Origin: Convolutriloba macropyga | Lineage: Eukaryota | Assembly (NCBI RefSeq): GCF_964194025.1 | Contig: NC_134477.1 | Location: 10,478,001-10,542,000, forward strand | Direction: 5' to 3' | DNA length: 64,000 nt | Part shown: positions 14,585 to 28,347 of the stretch, piece by piece | Position numbering within the stretch: position 1 is the first letter of the stretch | Layout of the letters: each line of letters begins with the position of its first letter | Made by a program: the position numbers and the translations under genes | The notes under the pieces: generated by a model | What the model saw: the letters and a program-made list of their open reading frames with translations, nothing else | Told to the model about the DNA's origin: nothing | Database searches by the model: none

Positions 14585-17500
14585 TTGTTCCGACCGCCAC
14601 TTTAGTAGGGAGGGAGGAACTATATACTCAACTGGTTTTTTTTGTTCAGACAATTTTGGCCGATCGATATATTCATCGTAGAGAATTGTGAGTGGTATCA
14701 TTGAAAAGTTCGTCCAGCGTAGAACACGGAATTAAAAAGATTTTTTCGGTTTTCGTTTTTTACAGCAAGTTTTGTGAACATTCGACTGTTTTTGTTCACA
14801 ATTTCAGTAATTTTTGCTAAAATTTGGCACAATTTCGCTGCTTTAATTCATAGTAAGTTAACATTTTTAACGGCAGAGTGTTTTCGTTACCGTTAGAAAG
14901 GGAAGAGTGTTGCTGAATTGTTTGATTGAAGTTTTTTGGCTAAAATTTTTGATAAAAGTTTCAAAATTCAAAATTTTCAGCAAAAACGGCACAAAATAAG
15001 CTTTTTTGGTCCACTTTGTTAAAGTTTGCCAGACTTAGTGACCTAGAAACCTTAAAACAGTCTCCCTAATCTCAAAAAAAGCGCTAGTTTCAATTACGCG
15101 CCGCATGAAAGTCTTCTGGAATTAAAATTTTTGCCGTTTTTTGCAGATTTAAACAGATAATTATACAAAATGCACCGTTCTTTCTTTTAATATTTGAAGA
15201 ATTCCACGCAAAAATTAGTCTAATTCGCAAACACTTGGAAAGCTTGGTCGGTTTGCTGGGCGCGCCACAAAATTAGGGAGAGGTTCGACAATATCATGGA
15301 TTCATAGAATCAGAGACTTCTTGGTTTTTTTTGATGCTGCCTTTTTTCAAAATATTTTCTTTTGTTTTTTAATGTAAACTACTGACAATATTTTTTTATT
15401 CACGGCTCCGTTAATGACACCTCCAATTTACGTATGTTTGAGGCCGAACGTAGATACAGTTTGTTTTCAGAGAACCAAGGGGTTTTCATGGCTTTGAGGA
15501 AGAGTTTTAGTAAAATTTAACAGAATTCTTGTCTTTTGCCTTCAATTGTTTTTCTTTTTGCAGTCTGATTTTTAATTTTAACCACTCAAAGATCTCAATT
15601 TCTTCCTCAATAGGTGCAATTGAACTTTTTCTATTCGGTTGTTACCTAATGTCTCTTATGTTATTGTATGTATTTGTTTTAAGGAAATTTCTGTGGTTTT
15701 TTGAACTTGTCAATTTTTTATATAATTTTAGTCAACATTTTGCTTATTTTCAGTAAGTACAGATCAACCTTTCCTCCATATAGAATACAAACTAAGTTTG
15801 TGGCTGATTGTTTGGACAGAAGGTTTTCTTGCTTTTGGTACTACGAGTTTTCATACAAATTCTGATTCTTGTGCATAATTTCCCATTTTTGCTGTTGTTT
15901 TTGATCTTGTGAAAATTGAAACAAAAGTTAACAATCTAATTGAAAAAAGCTTCAAAACATTTGAAACTGAACATATTTTTTGTTTTCATAACTTATGGTT
16001 TGAGGCTGCGACACCATTCTCTTACAGAAATTGGTTGTGTTTTCAATTTCTTGCCCTTTTTTGTTGTTAAATTTTGTTGTCATATGCCAAATATTGTGTA
16101 ATTAAGGCTTCAGTGCCCAACTATTGATAAATTAAAGAACTTAATAACTGATATCGGTACATAGCTAATGGTTGTTTTGACTTTCGAATTAAATGTCTAA
16201 AAAAAGAGTAATAGTATTCTTCAACTTATCCCTTTGTTCTGGTTTTCGTATTTTACAATATTGTATCATTTTCGTTTGTTAGACTCATTATTTAGAGCTC
16301 TTTTTAATGTTTTGTTGAGTCCAACAAAGTTTTTTCTGTTGTTTAAACGTTTTAAATGTTGTCTTCAGCGCTTAGACAATTTGTTTCAGAATTTTGTGAA
16401 ATTTAGATGATTTTCAGTTTTTCTGGTTCTTTTTGTTGTCATTTTGTGATTGACGTTTTACAAAAATAGGTTATGGTGGTCTAAGGAGCCGCAATTGAAG
16501 ATGTTATGTTCTCGCGGTTAATATCTAATAATTTTAATGGCTTCAAAACTGTGGTTTCGTGAAGTTGTTTGTGAAACTTATTAGTTCAGCTTGTATTTAA
16601 TGTTTTGTTATTGTCTTATGATTTAGTCTCATTAATAACAGTCGCAACTAGTTTTCTAAGTAGCTCCAATACAAGTTGTTTACTTTTTTAGTCGAAGAAA
16701 GCTTTTGTTGGCTATGAATTTTGAAAATATTTGTTTTTAATAAAGAAAGAGATAGATTTTTGAGATCTGCCAATTTTATTTCTGTTAAATTGCAGCTTAG
16801 CATCTCTATATACAATTCACATCATTTGTCTATTGAAATACAATTCGCTCTTCCTAACAGTTTTATTTTCCTTACATATTTTTTCTTCTTGGAACAACCA
16901 GTTTTCATAAAACCAATTTTCGTGGTTTTTGCATATTTGCCCCTTTGTTTGTAGATTTTTGTTTTCTTTTCGCAGTATCACAATAATGGGCGTCATTTGA
17001 TTTACAAATGTTGTTAAAATCAAAAAATGCAAACGAAGATTTTTATTGTTTTTAGTGATCAGCTTATTATTTAATTGATTGGGGGGGACATCGTTTTCAT
17101 GCATAATTTTTCGTGCAAATTTTTAATTTTTGCCTGTATTTTTCGTTCTTTTTGTAGTCGTATTACATATCCTGGATAATGAAAGCCCTCAGTCGCTCTC
17201 TATTGAGGTATAAAAGACTCTCTCAATGATTTCGTTTGATGCGTATTGTTTCTAATTAGTTCGAATTTAATTACTTTTTTTTAATAAAAAGCAATGTTTT
17301 TATAAAATTTGCGCCCTTTGCTCATTTCTAGTCGACTTGTTGCCAAGTCGCATTGAGGAAAAAACTCACATTTTGTTCCAAAAAAGCCAGTTAATCTTCT
17401 GAGTATAAATTTTATCTGATGCCATTTTGATTTGGTTATTAGTGATTTTCAAAAATGGACAAGGAGTTTTGGTTGTAATTAATATTTGTATTTATTTGAT

Positions 17501-17715
17501 TTTTATTGCCGTTTTTTCTGGCAGTCATATTATGGTAGCCACAGGTCTCATAGCCCCTCTAGAGCAGATTGTTTTATTTTTTTCGCAGTTTGTTGAACGA
17601 TATGTTGATATTTTAATTTTTATCTCTTCCTCATTTGGTAGACAATTAAGTGAAAAATGTAGATGAGCGGGATCGGAACTTAATGTGCAAACGCACATTA
17701 CCCAGCCTCCTTGTT
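14585..17715 (+). mobile_element. Non-autonomous Helentron/Helitron2-like element (HINE), copy B, full length ~3.1 kb
   Basis: 5' TTGTTCCGACC...GGAACTATATACTCA. 3' GATCGGAAC, then TAATGTGC-AAAC-GCACATTA hairpin, then GCCTCCTTGTT. No coding capacity. Confidence 0.75.
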
Positions 17716-19746
17716 GATTTTATGTTCCAAAATGCTCAAGTTTCTCTGTTTTCGAGCACTTAAGAGATAACGGAATAATGTTAAAGAGTAAGCATCTGCC
17801 ATAAACCAAATTTGGTGAATCTGAAACACGTAAAACAGATATGAAGTCTAATTAGCAATTTCTCAAGTAATAAACAACATAGGCACGAGCCGATCAAAAT
17901 TTCATTTAATTTTGTCTTACCTTATTATACCCAATGATGTCCTTATATATGTAACAGGATATTGTGAACATGTACAATAGGTAGTCATACACATTTTTGT
18001 GGCGATAGCGAACATATACTTCAGGGCCATCAATTTTTGTTGTCTATTTGTCTGTTAATCTTAATTTTTTGGTATTTCTGGTATTATTAACTAGAGCACT
18101 TTTGTCTAACGTTGCTTCACAAGAAACAAACTAACTGCACTGATAAAAGTATTTAAATTTGACATTCTTTTTGATTATTATTATTATTAGAGGAAGTTTT
18201 TGTCAATTTTAAGCTACGTTTTGATCAAATTTTCAGTGTTTATATAATTTAAGAATTTCTGCTTCTGTTTCAAGGTGAAAACGAACGGCCTTTTTGTTCG
18301 CACCTTGAGTTCTATTCAACAAAAAGCTGATTGTTCAGTTGGATCAAATAGAAATTATATTTCATGTTACCTTTATTGGGAGAAATCTTTTAGTAGATTA
18401 CAAGGAAAGTTAATTTTCTCCTTCTAGTTATTGCATTACAAAAGTCAAACTTAAAACAAAATTTAGGCAAAATTTTTCCCGGTCGCAACAAGAAAAGTTT
18501 TCGGAATGACATATTTTGTTTGTACTATTCTGCCCCTTAGAAACATAATCCAAAAACTAATAAAAAGATTATGTAGAATTGTGAAAGGTGATCAAAAATT
18601 GTTAATTTGAGCTGCCTTGTTCAAGAACAAAATGCGTTGAAGTTGGTTCAAACGTGGGCTGCAAAAGCACAAATTTTGATAGAACTGCCAAAATGAAACC
18701 CCACTTGAGTCCCATTGAAAGTCAGCAAAAGAAAACAGAAAAATAATGCGAAATTATTCAGAAAAAACCAACATTTATTTTTATATAACCAGACTGATCA
18801 ATTCCCATCGTTAGAGGCCCCAATGATGTAGAGTCACCCTAAAAAAGAGAGAAAATTTATCTTTTATAAGAGGTCAATTTTAAAAGATAAGAAATTTCTT
18901 TTTACATTTTTGGTCAACTCTAATGTGATCCCAATGGCATGCGACAACCAGAACGTTTGTATTAGTTTAGCACAAGTCAATACTTTCGTTGATTCAGACT
19001 ACTTAAGTTCATTATTAGTCCCATGAACTGCATTTAGGCCAAAAATTATCTGAATTTTTTTTTGGTTTACAATTTTAGATTTTCAAGCCATTTTCTCTAT
19101 AAAAAAGACCTCAATTTTATTGGTTTTGCGAACGCCGTCAAATTTTCGCAGGATAACACTTTTTTACAATTTTAAGAATTTTTTGTTTTTAGATTTCCTA
19201 TCTCTTTAAATATTTGACCATGAATTTGCCCATCAAGATATAATACTTGTCTAAATGTTCAAATCAAATCTCGATGAAATATAACTTGATTCCAATGGTG
19301 GATAACACAATTGAAAAGGGCAAGCTGTTCAGGATCAAATTATGAAAATGTTAAGAAAATGAAGAAAAAAATTCAACATCTCTGAATTGATATCCATGGA
19401 AACAACACCTTAGCAAGATAAAAGTACAAATAACAATAGCTTAGCAACGCAAAAAGAAGCTGATGTTCATTTTCAACAATTAGAAGAGTTTCAGTACCAA
19501 AGTTTCATAACAAGCGAGATTGGTACAACAAAAGAAGAATTAGCCGGAACTCAAAAGAATGATCGCAGAATTGTCTTCCGTTAATATTTCAACAAAAGCG
19601 AATGCAAGCTCGATATGTACAATGATTAAACTTTTGACGCAATTGCTGCCTCATGCTTGATGCCAAGTCATTATCAAAAATGGGCAAGTCTAATTGAAAG
19701 TCTAGGTATCAGTACTCATTCAGAACCATGATCTTAACAAATTTTA

Positions 19747-19914
19747 GACTTGGCAAGTCTTAATCCATATCTTGGCAATGACTTTGTAGGTCTTAATCCA
19801 AGTCTTGGTCAAGACTTGGCATGTCTGAATCCAAGTTTTGGCGGAGACTTGGCAAGTCTAAATTCAAATCTTGGCCAAGATTTGGCAAGTTTAAATTCAA
19901 GTCGTCTTGGCAGT
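19747..19914. repeat. 33-bp tandem repeat x5 with palindromic GACTTG-G-CAAGTC / CTTGGCCAAG cores
   Basis: Unit GACTTGGCAAGTCTTAATCCAAGTCTTGGCCAA. Related motifs at 20043-20132 (ending CGGGG), 25140-25172 and 49770-49897, likely transposon subterminal repeats. Confidence 0.8.
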
Positions 19915-20499
19915 ATAAAAGGTCCTAAAATTAACCCCGAAAACCGTAGCACGTTACAAAATTTTTCGAAACTGAAAAATTTAACTCGAAATTTTTTAAG
20001 TTAGTTTTGACTCGGGAATCAATTTGCAAGTGTTAGCCTTGTAAGACTTGTATTAGGACTTGCCTGGTACTGAAAAACGGCATGAGACTTGCATTTAGAT
20101 TTGCCTAGTACTGATTTAGAACTTGATACGGGGAAATTAAGCATCCCCAAGGATAACGGCTAATGTTACATTATAAACAATATTACAAGACCAATACCAT
20201 GATAAAATATACTGCGATAAAATTTTAGTGCATACAAAATAAAATCGTACATTTGAGGGAACTACCTGAAACAAAGACAAAATTTTTGAAAAAAAAATAA
20301 ATTACTTCAAATCCACTAATAATGAATATCGAGAGAAATTTTTGAGTCAGAAAAAAATCTCATGAAAGAATGAAGTGAGAGCAAATTAACACTTAGAAGA
20401 AACTCAGTTTTCAGCTGGTTCGACTGTTTCGGGGGTGGGAGAGGGGCCGCTTCCAGAGTTTTACTGTCCGGAGAGTTCTTACATTCCATATGTTTTTAG

Positions 20500-20670
20500 G
20501 TCTGGCCAGTTCTAGAAGTAGAATGTTCCGGAATGACTCGAAGACCTCCTATCGGTCGATCAGTCCCCTCGGCCGAATGAACACAATGAGAGACAACAGC
20601 TTCAGTGGTTCCATGGAAAACTATGAGACTACTCGCTCACTCAGGCAGAACAACTCCATCGATTTCGCCG
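20500..20670 (+). CDS. Putative coding exon, SK channel N-terminal region (LASSRSRMFRND...NSIDFA)
   Basis: TTTTTAG acceptor, CCG|GTTAGC donor. 171 nt, phase 1-1, joins 10386 and 55268 in frame. Confidence 0.7.
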
Positions 20671-21884
20671 GTTAGCCGAAGAAACGCTTCATGTGCATTA
20701 AACCTAATCAATATTAGTGTCTGTCTGTTCATTGTCTGAAATTCTGAATTCTCGACAAAAAAATCGGATTGTTATCAATACATCTAAGCTCTCTTAAAAA
20801 GTCAGAAAGACATGAAATTGGAGTGACACAATTTTCATGTTTTTTAAAAAAATAAAATAATTAGTAATAAATTGTACATGGTATATATATATATACATTA
20901 ATATAAAGTCGTAATAATTCATTTAGTCGTAATAAATTATACATGAGCTTAGCTTATCTCTTTTACGATGGTAACTGCTTTTCATTCTTAATATTTTTAA
21001 GTTTTTAATAATAAGGGGAGGGGGGTGCATTTAAATTGCCTGACACAAAAATGTCGTCCAATACATATAAACGCTAAACCTTATTTTGTCCTATTATCTA
21101 TTTTACTCTTCAGAACAATTTTTTTTGTCTCGCTGTGGGAATTCAATTGTTACACTATTATATTGTTTGGGCTTTTCTTAAATTTGTTTTGTATTTTCTT
21201 AACTGGCCGGTTATGAATTTTATTAACCCACAACTCTTTACCGCATTGGCGCTCAACCTAAAGCCTGTTAACATATAATGTTTGAACTCAATTCAACTCT
21301 TGGAGTGCCTTATTGTAACGGAAATGACGTCAACACAGAGAGATTCTTTTTAATAAACATCAAAGATCGAGGAATTTGATCACACTCATTGTTATTTAAT
21401 CACACTAGTGGACTCTTGTAATGAAAATCACTTCCTTTGAAGGCAAGGAAGACTATTAAAACCATATCGCGGGATGGAGCCTCGGCTCCTGGACTACTGT
21501 AAATTGGGCATTTTGCAGTCTTCAAAGGACTGTTTGGATCTGGTATGCTCCGGCTCGCAGCTTTTTCATGCCTTTCTGACCCCCCCCCCCCCCCCAAGTT
21601 TTATGCCTCAACTTACGAAAAGACCAATGTCGGTCGGCCAAAAATATTATGAACAGATCGTATTCAACCGTAAAAACCTATCAAATGATTTTAGCTTGAC
21701 ATGCTTGACTTCTAATGGACATGAAATATTTACGCTTTTATTTGACTAAAATGTTTCATGCCCAATTTTAGTTCTACCCAACATATCGTTCTTGTTTATG
21801 GTTTGACTTAAAATTTTGAGTAAATTCTTTTTGTAACAAAAATTGGGTCAAGCTTTTGTCAGATCACTAGACAAGGAAATGTGT

Positions 21885-24800
21885 AACTTTATTGCTCACT
21901 AATATTTATTACGTAGTTAGTGAGCACGCTACTTCATATGTTGCAATTCTGAAGAATCACTAATCAATCAAAGACCGTGTTGTTTAGTAAAAGTATATTT
22001 CATAATTTAGAAATGGAAAAGATTTGAAAACAGTACATGTTCATTATGATTAACAGGAAAGACCCCATTACAATAAAATCACCTAATTTTGCTCAATTCA
22101 TTGGCTTTATAACAATGACGGTATAGTCCAACCGCGACAACTATGAAACACTCTTGGTCAAAGTCTTTTAATATATTTTTTAACTGTCTCACCAGATGGA
22201 TTACTCTTACTCAATGATGTTTATTCTTGCTCCGTTGCTCTTCCCGTGTGTACTTAAGCAAAAAAAAAACTTTGACAAGACAGGTTCCAAAAGAGGCACG
22301 ATAAGACTTTTGCTCTACCCAAACAAATTATTGACTAACTAACGATCCTTAGCTTGGCATTTGAGCTGAGATTTCTCAACGCAAAGAACATGCATGACCC
22401 AAAAACCAATTGAAGCGACTATGCATCACACAAAATGCCCATGAACGCATTTTTATTCGACCCAAAGATTGAATGATTTTCCTCTCTCTACTTTAAGTAC
22501 GATTAAAGGAACTTATTGGTCAACAAAGGACCTCACCACTAAAATTTTGATAAATTTACTAAGTTGAGACCAAAAAGCGAATAAATCGCGACAGGTGGGT
22601 CGACAATTTTTTTTTACTATTGTAAAATGGGAAGTCTGGAAATGTAATTGATATGCGCAGCCCGGCTTACCGAATTATCAAGAAAATTTATAAAGCAATC
22701 TCAGGAATGCAACTATGCTGAAATTTGAACCTCACGGAAGTTTGAAGGACCAATTTGATCAAATTGAGAGTATCAAAAATGTTGGTTTTGTTTTCGATCA
22801 ATTCCGATGGAACACAATATGATAAACAAATGCAGTCCCTAGTTAAATTTACTTGGCGTTTTAAAATAAGAGCGCGTCAGTATCGTCAGTTTTTGTTGCA
22901 AAACGACACCAGTTTTTACGTTTTTTTGTTTATATCGACAATTGTTTTGTTACAAGAATAGAAGTATAGTTTTTTGTCTTTTTGTCAGCTCTGAGGAATT
23001 TTGAGTTTATTTATTTTTTCTGGTAAAATAAAAATTTCCTCGCAATTCAAACACCATTGTTAATGTTTAAAACTCCAACGACCAACCCGTTTAAACCAAA
23101 CATTCCGATCGGTACTAGTCTTGAAATGATAGTTTTGAAAAGTCATTGATACTTGTAGATTTGAATTTATGTTTAATTTCTATCATCGAGATTATAGTTT
23201 TTCATTTTGTTTTCCAGAAACGCTTCTTTTGTATAAGATATTAATAACGTTCGTAGTTGTCGACAATCTCACGAATTTATCAGTGCGTTAAAATTTAAAT
23301 TGTTGCAGAATGTAATTAACAGGTTCCTTAAATATATCGTTAAGCTATTAATCAAACCGTATGAACAGACAGAGAGATAAGCAAAACTAAAACAATTGCA
23401 AACTTTATTGCTCACTAATATTTATTACGTAGTTAGTGAGCACGCTACTTCATATGTTGCAATTCTGAAGAATCACTAATCAATCAAAGACCGTGTTGTT
23501 TAGTAAAAGTATATTTCATAATTTAGAAATGGAAAAGATTTGAAAACAGTACATGTTCATTATGATTAACAGGAAAGACCCCATTACAATTAAATCACCT
23601 AATTTTGCTCAATTCATTGGCTTTATAACAATGACGGTATAGTCCAACCGCGACAACTATGAAACACTCTTGGTCAAAGTCTTTTAATATATTTTTAACT
23701 GTCTCACCAGATGGATTACTCTTACTCAATGATGTTTATTCTTGCTCCGTTGCTCTTCCCGTGTGTACTTAAGCAAAAAAAAACTTTGACAAGACAGGTT
23801 CCAAAAGAGGCACGATAAGACTTTTGCTCTACCCAAACAAATTATTGACTAACTAACGATCCTTAGCTTGGCATTTGAGCTGAGATTTCTCAACGCAAAG
23901 AACATGCATGACCCAAAAACCAATTGAAGCGACTATGCATCACACAAAATGCCCATGAACGCATTTTTATTCGACCCAAAGATTGAATGATTTTCCTCTC
24001 TCTACTTTAAGTACGATTAAAGGAACTTATTGGTCAACAAAGGACCTCACCACTAAAATTTTGATAAATTTACTAAGTTGAGACCAAAAAGCGAATAAAT
24101 CGCGACAGGTGGGTCGACAATTTTTTTTTACTATTGTAAAATGGGAAGTCTGGAAATGTAATTGATATGCGCAGCCCGGCTTACCGAATTATCAAGAAAA
24201 TTTATAAAGCAATCTCAGGAATGCAACTATGCTGAAATTTGAACCTCACGGAAGTTTGAAGGACCAATTTGATCAAATTGAGAGTATCAAAAATGTTGGT
24301 TTTGTTTTCGATCAATTCCGATGGAACACAATATGATAAACAAATGCAGTCCCTAGTTAAATTGACTTGGCGTTTTAAAATAAGAGCGCGTCAGTATCGT
24401 CAGTTTTTGTTGCAAAACGACACCAGCTTTTACGTTTTTTTGTTTATATCGACAATTGTTTTGTTACAGGATTAGAAGTATAGTTTTTTGTCTTTTTGTC
24501 AGCTCTGAGGAATTTTGAGTTTATTTATTTTTTCTGGTAAAATAAAAATTTCCTCGCAATTCAAACACCATTGTTAATGTTTAAAACTCCAACGACCAAC
24601 CCGTTTAAACCAAACATTCCGATCGGTACTAGTCTTGAAATGATAGTTTTGAAAAGTCATTGATACTTGTAGATTTGAATTTATGTTTAATTTCTATCAT
24701 CGAGATTATAGTTTTTCATTTTGTTTTCCAGAAACGCTTCTTTTGTATAAGATATTAATAACGTTCGTAGTTGTCGACAATCTCACGAATTTATCAGTGC

Positions 24801-24914
24801 GTTAAAATTTAAATTGTTGCAGAATGTAATTAACAGGTTCCTTAAATATATCGTTAAGCTATTAATCAAACCGTATGAACAGACAGAGAGATAAGCAAAA
24901 CTAAAACAATTGCA
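21885..24914. repeat. Near-identical tandem duplication, 1516 bp + 1514 bp
   Basis: Copies 21885-23400 and 23401-24914. About 5 substitutions and 2 homopolymer indels seen. Confidence 0.95.
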
Positions 24915-27900
24915 AAAACCAAAATCAATAATTTTTTTAAGTGCTAAGACTGCAATAACAGCATTTGAATACCTTTACTTTGTTCAACTCAATATACTGT
25001 TATAGCAACCAGATGCCTCCGAAGAATTGAAAAATCAGCAGAAATGTCTATAACAGTAACTGAAATCTACAAAATTGAACTATGATAACTCGAACGAATC
25101 CCCAAAAACTATAAAGTCTGATTGAAAGATTTTACGGAGGCCAAGTCTTGGCAGAGAAATGCCAAGTCTTGATTCTTTTTGAACAGAGGAGAGCCAAAGT
25201 TTTCGGTTTCTCCGAGCAAAGAATTGATTGATATCATAAAATCAAACCTGGTACCTTCTCTGAATTCTTTTGTAATAGATACGACATAAACAATAAGTAT
25301 TATAGCTCTGGCAAAAAGATTCCACAGGCAACAAAAATAGCCCAAAGCAAAAAACGCAGTAAAAGGTGCAAACTCAAGTAGAAAGGCTGGTGACCATTGA
25401 AATGACAATTGTTACACAAGAAGAAACCAAACAATCCCAAAACAACATAGATTTAATAAAAACGACAAGAAGGGTAATCATTCGGAAAAAAGCTCTCCAC
25501 TAACTGAAACCGCCACAACGAAGACAAGAATTATCAAGAAGGAGTCTATTTGCGAGATTATGTTCCAACAATTATGTCTGTTCTTTTTTAAAACAAAGAA
25601 TTGTCAGTTAAAAGACTTATTTTAGAATAGTGAAAACAAAAATCTCGCCAAATTTAACATGAAACGAATGGAAATTCAATAAAACTAAACAAAACTAATA
25701 GAAAACAGAGTTTAATTTTAAATGGTACACAAAACGAAACCAATAATAGGCTTTTCCAATAAAGGCAAAAGTAGCAAAGGTTACCATGTGACCCCATCTT
25801 TGTGTCAACAAGATTTGGATAGAACAAACTGTGGCATAACACCCAAACCTTTAAAAAAACCTTTCAAATTATTAATTTGAACTCTGTACAAACACCAGTT
25901 ACACTTTCACTATACGATTCCTAAGCCATGAAAAAAATCGATTCCGATTCTTAAATCGAAAAAGATCGATTGCTAAATAGGGAAAAAAATTGGTTATTAA
26001 ATCAATGAAAGAACAACACGGCAAACAGATTGATAGAATTGTTGGACCAAATAATAGAGGACATCAAATTATCAAATTACAAACAGACGACACTACTACA
26101 ACAAAAAAAATCAACGGCAAGTCATCACAGTTAATTACTCAACGCCTAAGTTATAAGAAAAGATATCCATAAACATACATTAACTAAAAATTTTTCAAAG
26201 GAAAAATACCTTATAAATTATATATCTCGCCCCTTTAAAGCTAGAAGAATAAAAATAATGATTGAGAGAATGTTAGATGCACATTAGTAAATTCAACGTG
26301 TTATTTGAGTTTTAGTAGCGGGTGTATTAGACCAGCTATACTAAGCCGGACTGTCTACCACCACATAAAGACCTGATAGAAACAATTCAAATTTTGCAGT
26401 AAACATTAGTCAAGGTGACCCACTTTCCCCGATTTTCTGATTAGAGAAGAAGAAAAGCATGAAAAATGAGGACAAACGTCAACTAGATATAAACACCTCT
26501 AATCTGGCAAATCAAAAAAGATAAAACTAATGGAAGGGGCTGCAAATTGCGATTCAGAATATGCTTCTATTGTAAAAAAGAACAAAAAAAGATGCGAAAC
26601 AAAGAAAAACAAGTGTCATAGAGACATCTATTTTTTTAAAATTAGTTTTCATCATTGGGACTTTTTTGTTTTTTTTTGTTTAAGTGGAGTGTAAAAGTGA
26701 CCAATGGCAGCCCTTAACTATAGAGACTGAGGAAACGCTGGTACTTGTCAACTGTCTTATGATTGGAAAATTTTTGCCTGATTCGGATTCATCATTATTC
26801 ACACACTCCATTATGTTATGTTTTGCCTTTTGAGTAGAGATCAGAGCAACAAAACCGACAGTCTTTCATTGCCAGTGGCACGAATGTATTACTTTGCTTA
26901 GAAAATTCTGGCCCATGCACCTCAAGCTTTTAATCTTCAAGCTGCTTCATTTGTGTAACCTGACATTTCAGCCGAATTTTGGATAATGTTCGACAACATA
27001 CGTTTTTTCTGAATATATGTCTCGCAATGATGGATGTTTTGTTGATGTTTTTTGAATGTTTTGATGAACGTTTTTGTTAATCAGTACATCAAATAAATTT
27101 CTCGGCGTTAACAGATTGCAAAAGCAATTTGAAACACAGAGTTTTTGATTTTTAGTTAGTTTTTTTCCCAAAAAACTAAAAAACATCTTTTCTGATAAAT
27201 AAATTTGTATATTTTTACGTTAATATAATAATAGTTCGCAGTTGTGACAGACATAATTATTTTTACAGACAAAATAGCTGCCTTTAAGACTGCGCAATCA
27301 TAAGATCTGATGTGTTTACTGTTAAAACTCTCACAGTATCCCAAAAAACTTATAATGGAGACTTTGAGTGATAATTTGGGCGTGAAAGTTGTTGATTACC
27401 CGTTAATACCTCTTTATTTATGTTTAGACATGTAGCTATTGTTATCTTTGGTATTTTGATTAGTTTCGTTGTTATTCGCATAGGGCTTGATTAGTTGTTA
27501 ACTTTTTTGTAGCTCTACGAATTTTACATTCAAGTCTTCGAATTTGTTCAACTGTCTGAAAAATAAACTAATTATGGCTGCCAAGTCCGTTTTTTGATCA
27601 ATTTTATTACCTTCAATGTAATCTTGACAATATGTGAAATCTAATTTTAGATAGTAAACTAATTTGATTAATGATTTTCACTAAATAATTTGTCCTCATG
27701 TCTGAAATTCTCAGACAATTTTCCTGAAATTTGTAATGGAAAATGTGTAATTTTCCCCAGATATGTCTGTTAGCATTTCATGAATATTTTGGCACCAAAA
27801 TGTTTGTTTTAATTCGGGCACTGTTTTGAATTAACTCTTCTTTATTGACAGGGAGCATAATTGAAATCAAACTAAAGTTTGGCTGCGGGGTAATCAATAA

Positions 27901-28347
27901 AATGTGGGGGTTTTATAACCATTAATAACTTTTGAAACAAGTTATAAACATTATTTTCCAAATCGCAGTAGTATAAATTTTCTAGATATCTCTGTGGTTT
28001 TTCTGATTAAAACAGCAAAACAGTAACTTCAGAACTTACTTTTATTTTAAACCAAAAACGAGCCTCCATTCTTGATTTGAAGAAATGTACAGAAAATGAA
28101 ATCAAAATAATATTTTTGACTTTTAAACGTTAACCAACTGGTTATAAAAGTAATTTATATGTGCAAAATATCAGTTATTGCAATATTAATTACTAATGGA
28201 AACTTGAACATACGATACGAGAAAGCTTAAGAATCTGAGCAGAATTTTATCTGAAGTTTAGTTTTGTTTAATTTTGGAAACAACGAAGCTGCCCATTTTT
28301 GCGGTCGGTAAATTAACATCAGTGATAATAAATATTTCAGTGAACTA

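Noticed and set aside
19750-20004. 84-aa ORF with 11-aa repeats (LASLNPSLGQD)
   Set aside because: By-product of a 33-bp palindromic DNA repeat whose motifs recur in non-coding TE fragments; no fitting splice sites.
22755-24475. Two near-identical 68-aa ORFs
   Set aside because: TTG-start chance ORFs copied by the 1.5-kb duplication; no recognisable motif.
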